Positions 50,628 through 62,934 of a stretch of 64,000 nucleotides of DNA are shown here, piece after piece. Every line of letters begins with the position of its first letter. The stretch's first letter is position 1. Made by a program: the position numbers and the translations under genes. Source of the stretch: Cystobasidiomycetes sp. EMM_F5 (taxonomy: Eukaryota); assembly GCA_051047955.1 (NCBI GenBank), contig JBPGPT010000033.1:62001-126000 (forward strand), in the 5' to 3' direction. The notes below the pieces were generated by a model. That model was not told the DNA's origin, made no database searches, and was given only the letters and a program-made list of their open reading frames with translations.

Positions 50628-52650
50628 TCAGGCCTTGTTTGCCGAAAACATCGACAGCGCCATTCCGCCATTCTTGAGCGCTTCGAGGGGTGCAAAGACG
50701 ACGTTGCCTTTACTCTCCCCGTACGCTCTCGTTCTCTCGACTTCCAACCGAGCCTGGGCGAGCGACTGGGCAAAAGTGTCTGCAATCTGCGCTTCGGCCG
50801 CAGCACGGATACGCGTAGCTTCTGCCTCTGCTTCGGCTGCAAGCTTCGTTGCTGTAGCTCGCGCTTGTGCTTCAATCGTCAGAGCCTCGGCCCGTGCGCG
50901 GGCTTGCTGAATGACATTGGCAGCGTCCGTTTCGGCAGTGGCCTGTTGACCCTCGTCAGACCCTGCGCTGCTATGCACAACATACGCCTACTCACCCGCT
51001 TCATGGCATTCTGGAGCTCCAGTACAGCAGCTTCGCCTTGCTGCTTTCGCTTTCGATTCTGCATACAGTACTTGTCAGAAAGCAGTGTCAAGAAGGCTCA
51101 AACGTTGCAACTCGCCTGATTCTCCCTAGCAAGGTTGGCCGACTCGACCTGAGCCTCGAGAGCGCGCGTAGTGAGTTCATTCATCTTTGCCGCAATGTCA
51201 CCCTTGAAGCGACGATCGATAATGGCGAGATCCTCGAGCTTTATTCCATATTCCGCTGCAGCGACTTTGAGTTCATCGGTTGCTTGCGTACGTACAGCGT
51301 GCACGAAAACAGCCCCAGTCTCCTCGTGCGGATCGTCTGATGGGCCACCGTCACCTGAAAGGCCAGTGATGGCATCTGGAGCTACGTTTCTCGAACGAGC
51401 CATCGAAGAGTAGTCGAGGTACGCTACAATCTGCGTAAGGATAGAGCGCGTCTTGTCTTGCAGCGCATCGAATGGAGTCTTGTAGCCGTGACGGGCGAGA
51501 AGCATCGGTTCCTGCAGCTCGTAACGTAGATATAGCTTTAACCACACGGGGACCTGTGAGACAATTCAAGCGGAAACATTCAGCTCGACAGTGGTACATC
51601 TAGCTGAACGTGGTATGAGGACACACCTGATCCCTCGTGTACAGATTGTCCGCAGTCAGTTCGACCTGGACTTCTCCGCGAGTATACCAGCCACGAATGG
51701 TGACTGCCGTCGTGGTGAGGTAGTGCTGACCAGCGCCCAGCTCAAAGAGGGTATCTCCGCGCTGGAGGATGCACACGTTCTGGGACGGGATGGAGAGGAA
51801 GTGAGCTGCGACATAGCCACCTGGCAGTTTTACAATCTGCTGGGTTCCGAGAATCTGCTTGGTGTACGGGTCTACAATATCCTCTGCCAGATGGGTCTGG
51901 TCGACGAGTCCCAAGACCCTGTATGCGCCGCTCGTGGCCATTGCAACGAAACCTGCGTCTGCGACGACAAAGACGCGAGATTGGGGATCGAGGCATACGG
52001 CCGCTTGATTCTGCGAGACTTGGAGGATGGTGAGGCCTAGTTTGGAGAGTGTAGGATCGGGCTTCATAAGACCCTTCTCGTTTGTGGGGACGAGTGGAGG
52101 GAATTGAGTCGCTAAATCGTACGTGCCCTTCCAGTCGCACCCTATCCAATTTGGGAAGGGCAGGCCGGGATACTTGCCCGGCTTGAGCAGGATCTGGGGA
52201 GTGGACGCATACTCGTACAGTCAAAACGACCCGGGGTTAACTTCTCGCCCGATAATCTGATGCGGGCGTTTATTCGATATGAGCTGAGCCAGTCCTGCTG
52301 CTTTCAGCTCGTCGTTGAGGGTATGAAGCGCCTTGACTACTCCTTCCTTGTCGATTCTGACGAGCAGCGGTCTGTTATGTGACCTGTAAGTCAGTATAGG
52401 GGTCTCCTGCGCCACCACCCACTCACCTCTTAACGTCGAGGTAGGCCGACGAGTCTACGAATGGCAAGTCCTCTGCTGCAATGTTTGTATTCATCTTGGG
52501 TTTGCCATTGTTGTTGGCATTGTCGTTGTCGCTGTATTCCCGTCTCTTTCCTGCGGCGTTGCTCGACAATGACGCCCCATGAGCGAGTCCCTGGTAGTGA
52601 TCATTGTGCCCGACTGCTGTTGCCCCGTCGTAGTTGCTGGTGCCAGACAT
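50628..52650 (-). CDS. SPFH/band-7 domain protein with N-terminal beta-repeats and a C-terminal Ala/Glu coiled coil; contains an in-frame TGA at 52221-52223
   Basis: NLYTRDQVPVWLKLYLRY, YGIKLEDLAIIDRRF, AEAEA-type coiled coil. The frame is open on both sides of the single TGA. Confidence 0.8.
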
Positions 52651-53034
52651 TGGGGGTGTGGGTTGAATGCAAAACCAAGATGCGCAATGGCAAATGGCAA
52701 TGGCAAATGAAATGGCTGCTCTGCTCGGCTCACTTCGGCAAGTGAATGGCACCGCCATGGATGACAGTTTGACCAGATTTGCATGACTTGTTGAATACAA
52801 ACACGTTCATGTCGATACATTATAGCAACATGATTGTAATGGTATTAAAACTGCTAAATAGCCTGTAATCTTCGCAATCAGTCAAATGGAAAGAAACAAT
52901 ACAAACCGTTGTGCTTTTGCCAATGAAACCCCAACATGAGCTGGCCATGATGGAACGAGACTGAGGCCATACACCATGCCGTACTGATACTGTATCAAGC
53001 TGCCGCACCCTCTGCATGCGTCGGATTCCAAGCC

Positions 53035-56000
53035 ATGTCGCAGTATAATGACCAGCATCAGCAGCCGCTATCCGACGACGATGTGTACACCTACACCCTC
53101 CGAGCAGCCATGCTCCAGCATGTGGTAGCGTGCAGGCGGACAGCTGCAGCGACCGCAGCAGCTGCTTCCCCGTCAGCCAGGTCCACCTTCAGTACATCGA
53201 CATCCAACAATGGCATATCGCCCACATCGGCAGTATCGCCCACATCCTCAGCACTCGCAGCAGCAGCACAGGCTCAGCCAAAGCGGGACAGCTTGCGAAG
53301 GACAATTACCGAAGGTGGGGCAGCAGCCTGGCAGTCGACGTTTGCCTCAATGTCCCTGGGGGATCTGTTTCGGAGCAGCAACACCTCGAGCAGTTCAAGC
53401 AGTGCGAGGTATCCAGAGCGCTTCGTCAGAGTACTTGAACAACGCATAGCCGACATATCTCGCGGAACAGATCCGTACTTTAAAGACATGCTCCTCCGCT
53501 ACACCGTAGGCGCATTCTATGGCAAGTTTCTCGACGCAAAGCACTCTCGCATGTTTCGAGAGAATCGCAAAGTCGAAGACTTGCTCATGGTCTTTATCGC
53601 AACGGCCACCGACGTTCTGCGAAAGAGGTGTGCAGACGACGAATGGAAGGTCAAGCTCGAAGGGCAGGTCGAGTCGTTTGTCAGAATCATTGAAGACGGT
53701 CTGCGCGCTAAAGAGGTAAAGCACGTCCCTCAGGAGCTTTTTGTCAAGCTCGATACTCTGCGTCGCAGGATCGCAGACAACAGATCCCCTCCCAGCGGGG
53801 AGGTCCAGCAGCCTGCAAATGGAGAATCGCACAGAGCGAGCCTTGAGGTCCTCACTCCTCTTTCAACCACAGGTCTCAACCCCCCTCAGCTCCTCCATAC
53901 CCCAGCGAGCCCTTCGGCTTCACCGTCCCTGCACGTATCATACAGGATATCCGATATGCCAGCTGTACAACAAGTCGCTCGCATATTCAACATTGACACT
54001 CCACAACTACAGCAAGACATCAACATTCAAAAGCAGTATTGTACAGAGAAAGCAGCAATGGCAGACTGTAAATCGATTGTCAGCATGTTTTCATCGCCCT
54101 TGGCGTCTTTCCCATACAATCGGCAGCATTTCGCAAGCGATGAAGCGTACAAGGAGTGGAGGAGTAAGGAGTTGTTTGCTTTACAGCACGAGATTCTCGC
54201 AATGATCAAAATCAATCCCGATCTGGTCCATTCGAGCGATAGCACCCCAGCGTCGGCGACAACGCCCTCGTCTGCATTGACTGACGCATCACCCGAAACA
54301 GCTACAAGTAAACGCTCATCTCGCGTCTACCTCCCCATAGCAGACATGTACGTTAATGCCACTGGCAACGCTGCATCTCCCCGATCGTCCGTCACGCTAG
54401 TCCAAAACGATAATGCAGGGCCTACAGTCCCAGTCTCTGACAGATCAATCCCTCTTCCCAACGAGATTGCACCACCATCAACCCCCCTCGCATTCGTCCC
54501 TCCATCGCAAAGCTTGGCGTACAAGAGATTACTCGCTGTAATGCTTTCGTACGACCTCGCGGAAATGTCAAACCTCGACCCGACGGAAGAAGTGTCTCTA
54601 CGAATCCTGTCTCCCGCAAATCAGGACCTTCTACTCGAATGTGCGGCCAGGTGGCGGATAGGGCCTACGTTTCGCTTCACGGCATTCTTGGACGAGATGT
54701 GTAATCGATACGCTGCGGGCGAGATGCCAGTCGTCGAGTGCGTCATTGAGGCCCTCGGCGACTTTGCGCAAGTCAATGCGCAATGGCCATTTGCATTGTG
54801 GCCGGACGCGGATGTGAGCAGTCTTGTTTTCTTACTGTTAATTCACACGAGGCTGACGTAGAGTAATATTTCACAATTCCAGCGCAAAACCTATTTCTCA
54901 CTGCTATCGCAGCTATTTGATGCGCTGTTGCGCGCTTTCTACGTCACTTTTTCGGAACAGTCACCTCCTGACGAGGTGCCGCCCGTCGTAGAAGCCCTCG
55001 AATGCGTGCATGACAATCCCCTGTTTGATCAAGCGGTCGAGCACGAGGACCTTCAGGAGCGATTTGAGCAATTACGAGATGGTGTACGACGCGTAGCAGA
55101 CTTTTGGTATGCTCAAAAGCGGGACGCTCTCTTTCTGCAATTCCAGCACGATCATATGTCAATCCTTCCGATGCTCGAACTATTAGATTGGACAAAGGCC
55201 AATGCGAGAAGACTGGATAAAAAATATAAATCACCTCTGCTGGGTGCGGTAGATGTTCCACAGCTGTTTCTCAGCAGAGTTCCGGATCTGCTTCTGCACG
55301 ATTTGAGCCAGCGGATAAGTGTCATGAGGCCAGTTAGGAAACCATCTCTGATGTACACTACATCGGGCGACATGCTTCCGGTCGAGCCGCCTCAACAGGA
55401 TGGGCTCAGGGATGGCGAGGTCATGGCCTTGTATACTGGCGTCAAGGAATTGACTGCTATGTACTCTGCTTTCTGTCCAAAGTGTGTCTTTCGAGCAGTG
55501 TTTCAGCCATGTAGAGCAGCTTGGGGCTAACGGTCGTGTCACAGGCAGCCTCTCCTCACTGCGGTCAACCATCACTTCGAGCCGTACATTATGCGTTGGT
55601 TGGCAGAAACGGATAAGAAGACGCTGACGTGGGTCCGGGAAGCCATAAAGCTGGACACTTTCGATCCGAAAGAAGCGGAAGATAGCGGGAACGTCGGTCA
55701 TACATCGTCAATCGTTGATCTGATAGCGTCTTGCAAAGGAGCTGTCCAATTCGTCACCGATCTAGCTTGGCCGGACGAGGTGCAGAATGCAATTTTTCTC
55801 ACAAAGCTATCTGCAGTAAGTACCGTGTATGGCATCGAAATGCTCAACGCTGAGCCATGCTTACCGCCTGTACAGACGGTCAGTAAAGCGATAGAGCAAT
55901 ACTGCGTCGAAATAGAAATGCTCTACATGGCTGAAATGGAGCCACCTCGCGATGGTGAAGAGGAGCGCGATGAGCGAACTTCGGCATGGTTGACACGAGC

Positions 56001-57953
56001 GAAAGCACTCATGCAAGAGAAGAAGCTCGAAATGTTCCAGTTCAAACCAACAGTGAGTAGCGGTCAAAGTCAATGGGAGTAGTCAAGCTGATGAGAGAAC
56101 GTTGCCCTGAAGTCCTGTCTTAAGCTGAACAACATTCATACGGCCCGGGATTTGCTTGACAAGATGTATAGTGCAATAGATGCAGACAAAGTGGCTGCGC
56201 TTACACGCACGCGGACCGAGCAAAGTGCACATGCCCAATTACGGAACTTATTTACTATCAAAGTGGTGCTGGGCGAAGGCTTGTCGACGGTCGATGGCGT
56301 GTCACGGGTCGATCCTTTCATTACACTGTCGAATGAGCAAGGCTTGCGTATAGCCAAGACCCGAACTTTGTACCAAACGACTGAACCGCGATGGTCAGAA
56401 GCGTTCGATGTCTCGGTCGAAGGCAAGATGTGGATCGCGGCTACAGCTTGGAATCGCAATCTTGTCGACGAACACGAGCTTCTTGGACGAACCTTCTTTT
56501 CACTCGACCCGCATATTTATGGCGATTACCTGCCTCATGATTTATGGCAAGATCTTGACACCGTTGGCAGAGTGCTGCTTAGAGTAAGCATGGAGGGAGA
56601 GAAGGACGACATTCAATTCTACTTTGGTAGAGCTTTCAGATCTCTCAAGCGAGCCGAGACCGATATGACGCGCATAATCGTCGATAAGGTACAGCCTTGA
56701 TGTTTCGATACTTGATGCGGAGCATGGCTGACACATTGCTTTCATGCATAGATTAGCCCCTTTATTCGCTCCTGCATCTCGCACACGTCGCTCAAGTCAC
56801 TTCTTAAGCAAGGCAGCTTGGCTTACTTGACCAGCAACGTCAAAAATCTGAATCTTGATAAGGCTTTCGACAAGGCTCGCCTGGATCAAGTCAGGAAATT
56901 TATAAAGAGCAAAGATCCGCATGCAGCAGAAATTCCGCTCCCTCCTTCTGAGTTTAGCAGCCGGACTAGCATGGATAAGCCCTTACCGAGTCACACAAAG
57001 CAGCAACCACAGCCTGGACTTACAGATGCAGAACTTGAACAACCGCTTGCTCCACTGCTTGAGTATCTTGATCAAAGCCTGGAGGTGTTTAGGCGTTATC
57101 TCAGCGAACCTGGTTAGTTTTCATCCCGGATACGAAGTGTCTTTTCTGACAGCTCACCATCATACAGCTTGGCAGAGCGTTATGACAAAGCTTTGGAAGG
57201 AAGTGCTGTCCGTGACCGAGTCCCTGCTTCTGCCACCGCTGTCAGATCAGCCGACAGAGATGAAGCCCTTGACGGACAAAGAAGTGGACATCGTCTTTAT
57301 GTGGCTTAAGGTGCTTTCCAGTACAGATGTCCTAGCCTTACTATACTGACGCGTGATACAGTTCATGACAGACTTTTTTTACGCGGACGGCCACGGCGTG
57401 CCCTACGAAGACCTACGCAACCCGAGATATAGGGCTGTCATGAATGTTCGCTTCTACTACGATTGGTCTACCGACAAACTCATGGAAGAATGCGTTCGGT
57501 TGACAAATCTACAGCTCACTCTTCCGAGCGTTAAGAACCTCTCCAGGACAAAATCGGTATTCCAACAGAGAAATCTGGGCACAATCAAGCAAAGGAAGCA
57601 GGACAAGAACACGAACGGCGACACCGGCGAGCCGGAAATGGTCATGAGGATATTGCGAATGAGGTCAGTGCCCGTGTGCGAGAGCGTTGCCGCCCTGCGA
57701 TGCTGATTAGAGTACTTGGACATCCAGACCCGGGGCTATCGACTTCGTCCAACAGCAGCTAGCCACGCTCAACCTCGTCCAGGAAAAGAGGCCCAAGCCG
57801 ACCAGATTAGTTGGATCCATACGCGGACGTGGCGGTCGAAGAGGCACGCGACCGGGCGGTCCTGGCTATCGGACGTCCCACTTACAGGGTCCCTTGCCGC
57901 CTCTACCTGGGCAGCCGAATGACGTGCAACGCCGGCAACAGCAGTACCGCTAA
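53035..57953 (+). CDS. Munc13/UNC-13-like MHD1-C2-MHD2 protein (Ync13/YOR296W-like)
   Basis: ENRKVEDLLMVF, WVREAIKLDTF..HTSSIVDL, C2 domain (FTIKVVLGEGL..IAKTRTLYQTTEPRWSEAFD), GRVLLRVSMEGEKDDIQFYFGRAFRSLKRAE, LLLPPLSD. Confidence 0.92.
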
Positions 57954-58057
57954 GAGCCATGTAGCATAGAAATCCAAGTCTGACTTCTTGTCGTTGTCAT
58001 ACTACCCGCAACGATCTCTTCTGATGCAGTACTGCTTGTCATTATGGACATTACATG

Positions 58058-61000
58058 CTATAATTCGTCTCTACTTCGCGCATTCCCGTCTGATGAGGGT
58101 GCGGACGACTCTGCGTCAGTGTTCGGCGCTTGCGAAGTCATCGATGCTGTCTCTGTGGGTATCGTTGTAGTGCTCGTAGTGCTCGAGGTTTTCCTCGGCT
58201 TGCGTGGCGGCCGTTTGTTTTGCAGAATGGTCAACTGCGCGTTCACCTCGCGCTTCCTTCGTTCTAGTTCGCTAATTGTCATGACCGGATCTTGGTTTTT
58301 AGCCTGATTGTCTTGCTTCTTCGCAGCTTCTTCAAGCCACTTTTCGTTGCTCTGAATTGTAGTCTCCAGGGACCGAAGCTCGATCTCAGTGTATTTCGAT
58401 ACCTCGCCAGAAGCGGTGTCGTTCTCCAATTGTTGCGTCGCTGTCATCAAGAAGACTTGCGAGGTGATGAGGGTCATCCGAAGATCTGTCACCGCAGCGG
58501 CTCGACCTTCAGCTTCCTTTAACCTGGTAGTGACGGGTGCCGCCGCACGCCTTTCAAAGCGACGCGCTTAGCTGGTAAAATCAGACTATTTCCGAAACAC
58601 TCACTCTAGTTCACTCCTGGCCGTCTTGAGATCTTTTGTCGGCGCTGAATCCCCTTGATCCCACATCCATTCAGTGGCTTCCTCCAGCTTCTTTCGGAGT
58701 GTGACTCGCTCAGATTCCTGGGATGCTTCATTGAATGCGGGCGATTCGAAGTCATCTCGCAACTTGTAGATGTACGCCTCGAGGCCATTACGCGCTTCTT
58801 CTCGACTACGCTTACGAGCTTCTGCCAAGTCCAAGTCTCGTATCCTTCCGTAGGTTTGGTTAGCATCTTGCTTGTCAGGTTTGACCTGCATTCACCCACC
58901 GTTTTATGCCGTCTTTCAGCTCTTGCTCACTGAGAGCAGGGTAGCCTTCGGTACTGCTCTTGATTTGCAGTTTGATTGGCCCAGCAGGTCTCTTTACCGC
59001 TGTCCCAGATGCCGCCGTATCGTTCGAGGCCGCGGAGGCTGCGGTACCATCAGCATCATCTGCCGCGTCCTGCTCCTTGTCCGCTCCGCGCAGAAGTCCT
59101 TTGAGTTTATCGGCCATGCTTGCTTTCTCCTTTACCTCTGGTAGCACCAGCTGAGCACTGGCGATACTGATAATGGTAGATTCGTCGAGTGCGACACTCA
59201 CTTTCACCGTCGCGTTAGCAGCTTCGGTTTCTGTAAGATTGGCCCATGCCTCAGTAAGGCCTGCAATACCGAACTCTGCGATACTTGTGGGTGAACCGGG
59301 TCGATTGGTAGTCTTGTAGGAAAAGGCCACGGAAAAGTCGGTAGTTTTGCGGAATGTCATTGTCTTTTTAACGCCAGATTTGGAGTTGGCTGCAAAGATG
59401 GTTTGGGTGAGCGTGCGCAAGGTGCCATCTGTGCGGAACATGTACAAGTCAGCTTCGCGAGTGCCGCTCAGCAATTGCATTGCGTACCTTTTTTGCTATC
59501 GGATTCAAACGAAGCATCAACACCATAAGGAATCAGGCCGGTGAGACGAATATCTTTGGTACGAAATTGCTTGCTGATTCCGGCGCCATACAAAGCAGCA
59601 CCCATTACTGCTGCCTCATCGGCATTGACATTCTGGGCGATCTTGTCTTCGGGTACCAAGTCTTTAATCGCCGTTTGAACCATGGGAACTCTCGACAGAC
59701 CACCTATCAGAATAACTGAGGTAATTTCGTCCATGGTCATATTGGCGGCCAAAAGTGCATCATGAATTGGCTGAGCAAAGGCTGACTTGAGGTCTTGGCA
59801 AGCATGCTCAAAGGCATCACGGGTTACGTGACCTTTGAAATCAACCTCCTCGGCCAGTCCTTCGATACGTGCTGGAGCCTCGCTGTTTGCGCTCAGGACC
59901 TGCTTCACTCTTGCAGCTTCCTTCAGTAACTTGGCTTGTGCCCTTTTGTTTCGGGAAAACGGCACTTCAAGAGTCTTGCCTTGCCCAGCAACGAACTGAT
60001 CCTCGAGCATATCTCGAATTCTAGCATCCATCACAAGCCCTCCTGCAGAGCGGTCCCATCCAGCACCGCGGACTTCCGCCGTCGTATAATTTTTGCTCGT
60101 CTTGGCCGAGACCTTGTCCTTAACCTCAGACGTCGAGAAGGAAACGACGGTCGCGCGGATAGATCCTGCGCCAGCATCGTAGAAAAGGTGATTTTCGGCA
60201 GAACCTGTAGGAAATGCTCGCGTCATCGCATAGTTGATGGCCACAGCAGCGCCATCGTCAAGAAGAGCCAGAGGTCGCAGGCCTGCAAGCTCAAGCGCGT
60301 CCAAGATCGCTTGACGCTCAGCCTGCGTGAAAAAGACTGGTACCTGGGACGTGATGGTTTACGAGTTTAGCCATTCATCGTTCACAGAAGAGCATGGATC
60401 TTCTCTGACACACCGTCACTACTGTATCTAGAATATTTTCGCCATTAGATGCTACTTTGGCTAACTTCTTGGCATGATTGAACTGTAACGCGAGAGCTTC
60501 TTCCGGCCAGCGGAGTTGAGCGTTAGAAAGACTTGCCGCTGTCGTCTCGTCATAATATACTGCTTTACTCGACGGCGCTCCTCCATGTAATTTGGTGCGG
60601 TAGACCTTCTCATAGGCTGCGACTTGCGAATCACCAGGCCCGTGTCCCAGGAGCATCTTGACGGCTGGAAAAGTTGCATCGGGAAAACGCGATGCCTAAA
60701 AGTAACTTGAGCGTGCGAATACCATCCTGGAAGCAAGCATTACAGACTCACTATATTCGCTGCGTCTCCGCCAATCCATCGGTCTTCCCCTTTGACAGCG
60801 ACGATACTTTGGATCTTTCGCTTCGAATCACTGACAGCATTGTACAATGTAGCCAAGTCAGCGCGATTTTAGTAGCATCCATGATACGGACGTTGGTCAC
60901 CTACGTGTTGAGCAAGACGTCGAAGGGAACTCCCGGCTTGACAAGCGACACTTTCATCCATTCTGTGCCATAATCAATGGCCAATATGCCGCCAGCGATG

Positions 61001-61083
61001 GCATAGGCCAGCTGGCACTGCGCCAGCAGAAACGCAGCCAAAGAAAGGAAATCCCGCAGCCGCATGGATGGCAGTATGTTCAT
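58058..61083 (-). CDS. LHS1: ER lumenal Hsp70-family nucleotide exchange factor (Lhs1/Grp170/HYOU1)
   Basis: Signal peptide, LAIDYGTEWMKVSLVKPGVPFDVLLN, FYDAGAGS, VILIGGLSRVPMVQ, NVNADEAAVMGA, EEARNGLEAYIY, C-terminal RDEL*. Confidence 0.96.
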
Positions 61084-61226
61084 GGTCACAAGTCAGTCCG
61101 AGTCCGACTTGAGAGACGCACGTCGACCCAGCTGCCACGTCGATGCAACGACTAGGCTACATTAGCAACAGCAACAGCAACAACCAACAACCGCTATGGA
61201 ACAGCAGGTATATATTCTCAATCTGA

Positions 61227-62730
61227 TCAAGTCTGTGCTGCCGGGGTGGGCAGCTTCTTCGCTAGGGTACCATTAGCTTCTCCAGACGGTGCTGGCCGTT
61301 TCTTTCTGTTGACCGCCCCTGCGCCCACAGGTGCTTTGCTCAACGACGCTCCACCACCACCCATGAGCCTCCTCAGCGAAGCCATCGGGAACTTTGTGCG
61401 ACACGTTAGGCAGACCGGCAGCGGCGAGCAGAAGACTTAGAGACGACGAAGTACATCAGCATTCGTGCTGATATGACGCGAGGTGCAAGATGCAGTCTAA
61501 ACCTACTTGAGAGGCACACGGAGCAGACGTAGCCAATGTCCACGATTTTCTTGTGACAGAAGCACGCAGCTCGAAGATCTATCTGTTCTTGCGTCGGGAG
61601 ATGCAGATGTCTGCGGACACTCAGACCTGGTAGGAATGCCATGAGAAGGTACTGCAGTAATCCCGCACGGCGTTCTAGTCGATAGTACGAGGCTTTGGTT
61701 AGATGCGAAGCCTGCTGTAGGAAGACTGTATCGTCGCCGAACACTTTGCAAACGTCAATGGGTATGGACTGTTGTGCCACTATTAGCGGCTTGTGTACCA
61801 GGACGATACAGAGTGGACGCGACTTGCCGCTTTCTGTGCCGCGAAAATACAATTCATTATGGAAATGTATTGGGTTGAAGTTTCGCCTGACACGCTCAGA
61901 ACCAATATACGCGATTTGAGCGGAGGCAGGGAATCATCTTTCGACATGCGATTGATGTCTGCGGTGAAGATCTAGTGTTAATATGGACACCCCAGTGGAT
62001 GTGTATGACTGCTTACGGCAGAGGGTCTTTGCCAAAGCGCTCGAAACCGCCACTTGTACTATCGAAGCATTGTCAGACGCCATAGTCCTTCGAAGACCAT
62101 CCGCACTGACCGCTGTGCACATTCTCTGTGCTATCCTGCTCGACCGCCGGATATAATTCTCGAAGACTGTGCACTACCGCTTCATCCAGTATTCGGAAAG
62201 TCTGGTACGAGTTCGAGTCTGCGGCAGCTGCGCCTTCGAGCTGGAGATCTGGAGAAGGTTGGACAGCACCGCTAGACTTGTGCGTAGCTTTTCGCTGCGC
62301 ATGTATAGACGAGTATAGCAGTGTACTGGCACAATGTACATTCCCGTCAATCGCGCGGGCTGAAAGCTTGCAGCATCCCAGCTCACCTCTGTCCTAGACC
62401 AGCAGCGTAGATGACCAGATGATTCTCAAACCTCAAAGCCATGTGTGCGTTTGCCAGGACGAGCATACTTCGGACTGCATCTTCAAAGCTGAGCGAGTCG
62501 ACGATTTCCTTGCCATCTTGACCGCTCGAGCGAGTCTCGATGCCGCACGCATGCCATGCTAGCGGATTGACGTCGAGCTGATAGTGTCAGCGGAGAGAAT
62601 CGTTTGCAAGTCAGCTAGAATAATGGACCGGATCCAGCAGGCCTACTATGATGGCCAATAAATCTGCAGGCGCTGCAGTCTCGCCTTCCACGGCTGATAG
62701 AGCAGCTGCAGGACCAGCTGTGGACGCCAT
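61227..62730 (-). CDS. TFB4: TFIIH subunit Tfb4 (p34)
   Basis: [65 protein letters not shown]..CLTC. Confidence 0.95.
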
Positions 62731-62934
62731 AGTGCGGGAGTCATGAGGACATTTCGGTCGGTTGTGGTGGGGCAAGAAGCAAATACACAGGTCATAACGA
62801 GAAATAGTGGTGCGGCACACAGTCATTTCAAAATAGCATCACAATTTACCCTACAATCTGCCCTTCAAGCTCTGTCGCCCGTCGGCTGAGCCTGGCTGAG
62901 AGGCTGGAGACTTGGGCGTGCTTCCACCTCTTTC

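Noticed and set aside
52685..52712. Short (A)ATGGCA repeats, and CAA/CAG repeats at about 61164-61192
   Set aside because: Simple low-copy repeats in UTR or promoter DNA. No spacer structure, so not CRISPR-like, and no transposon ends.
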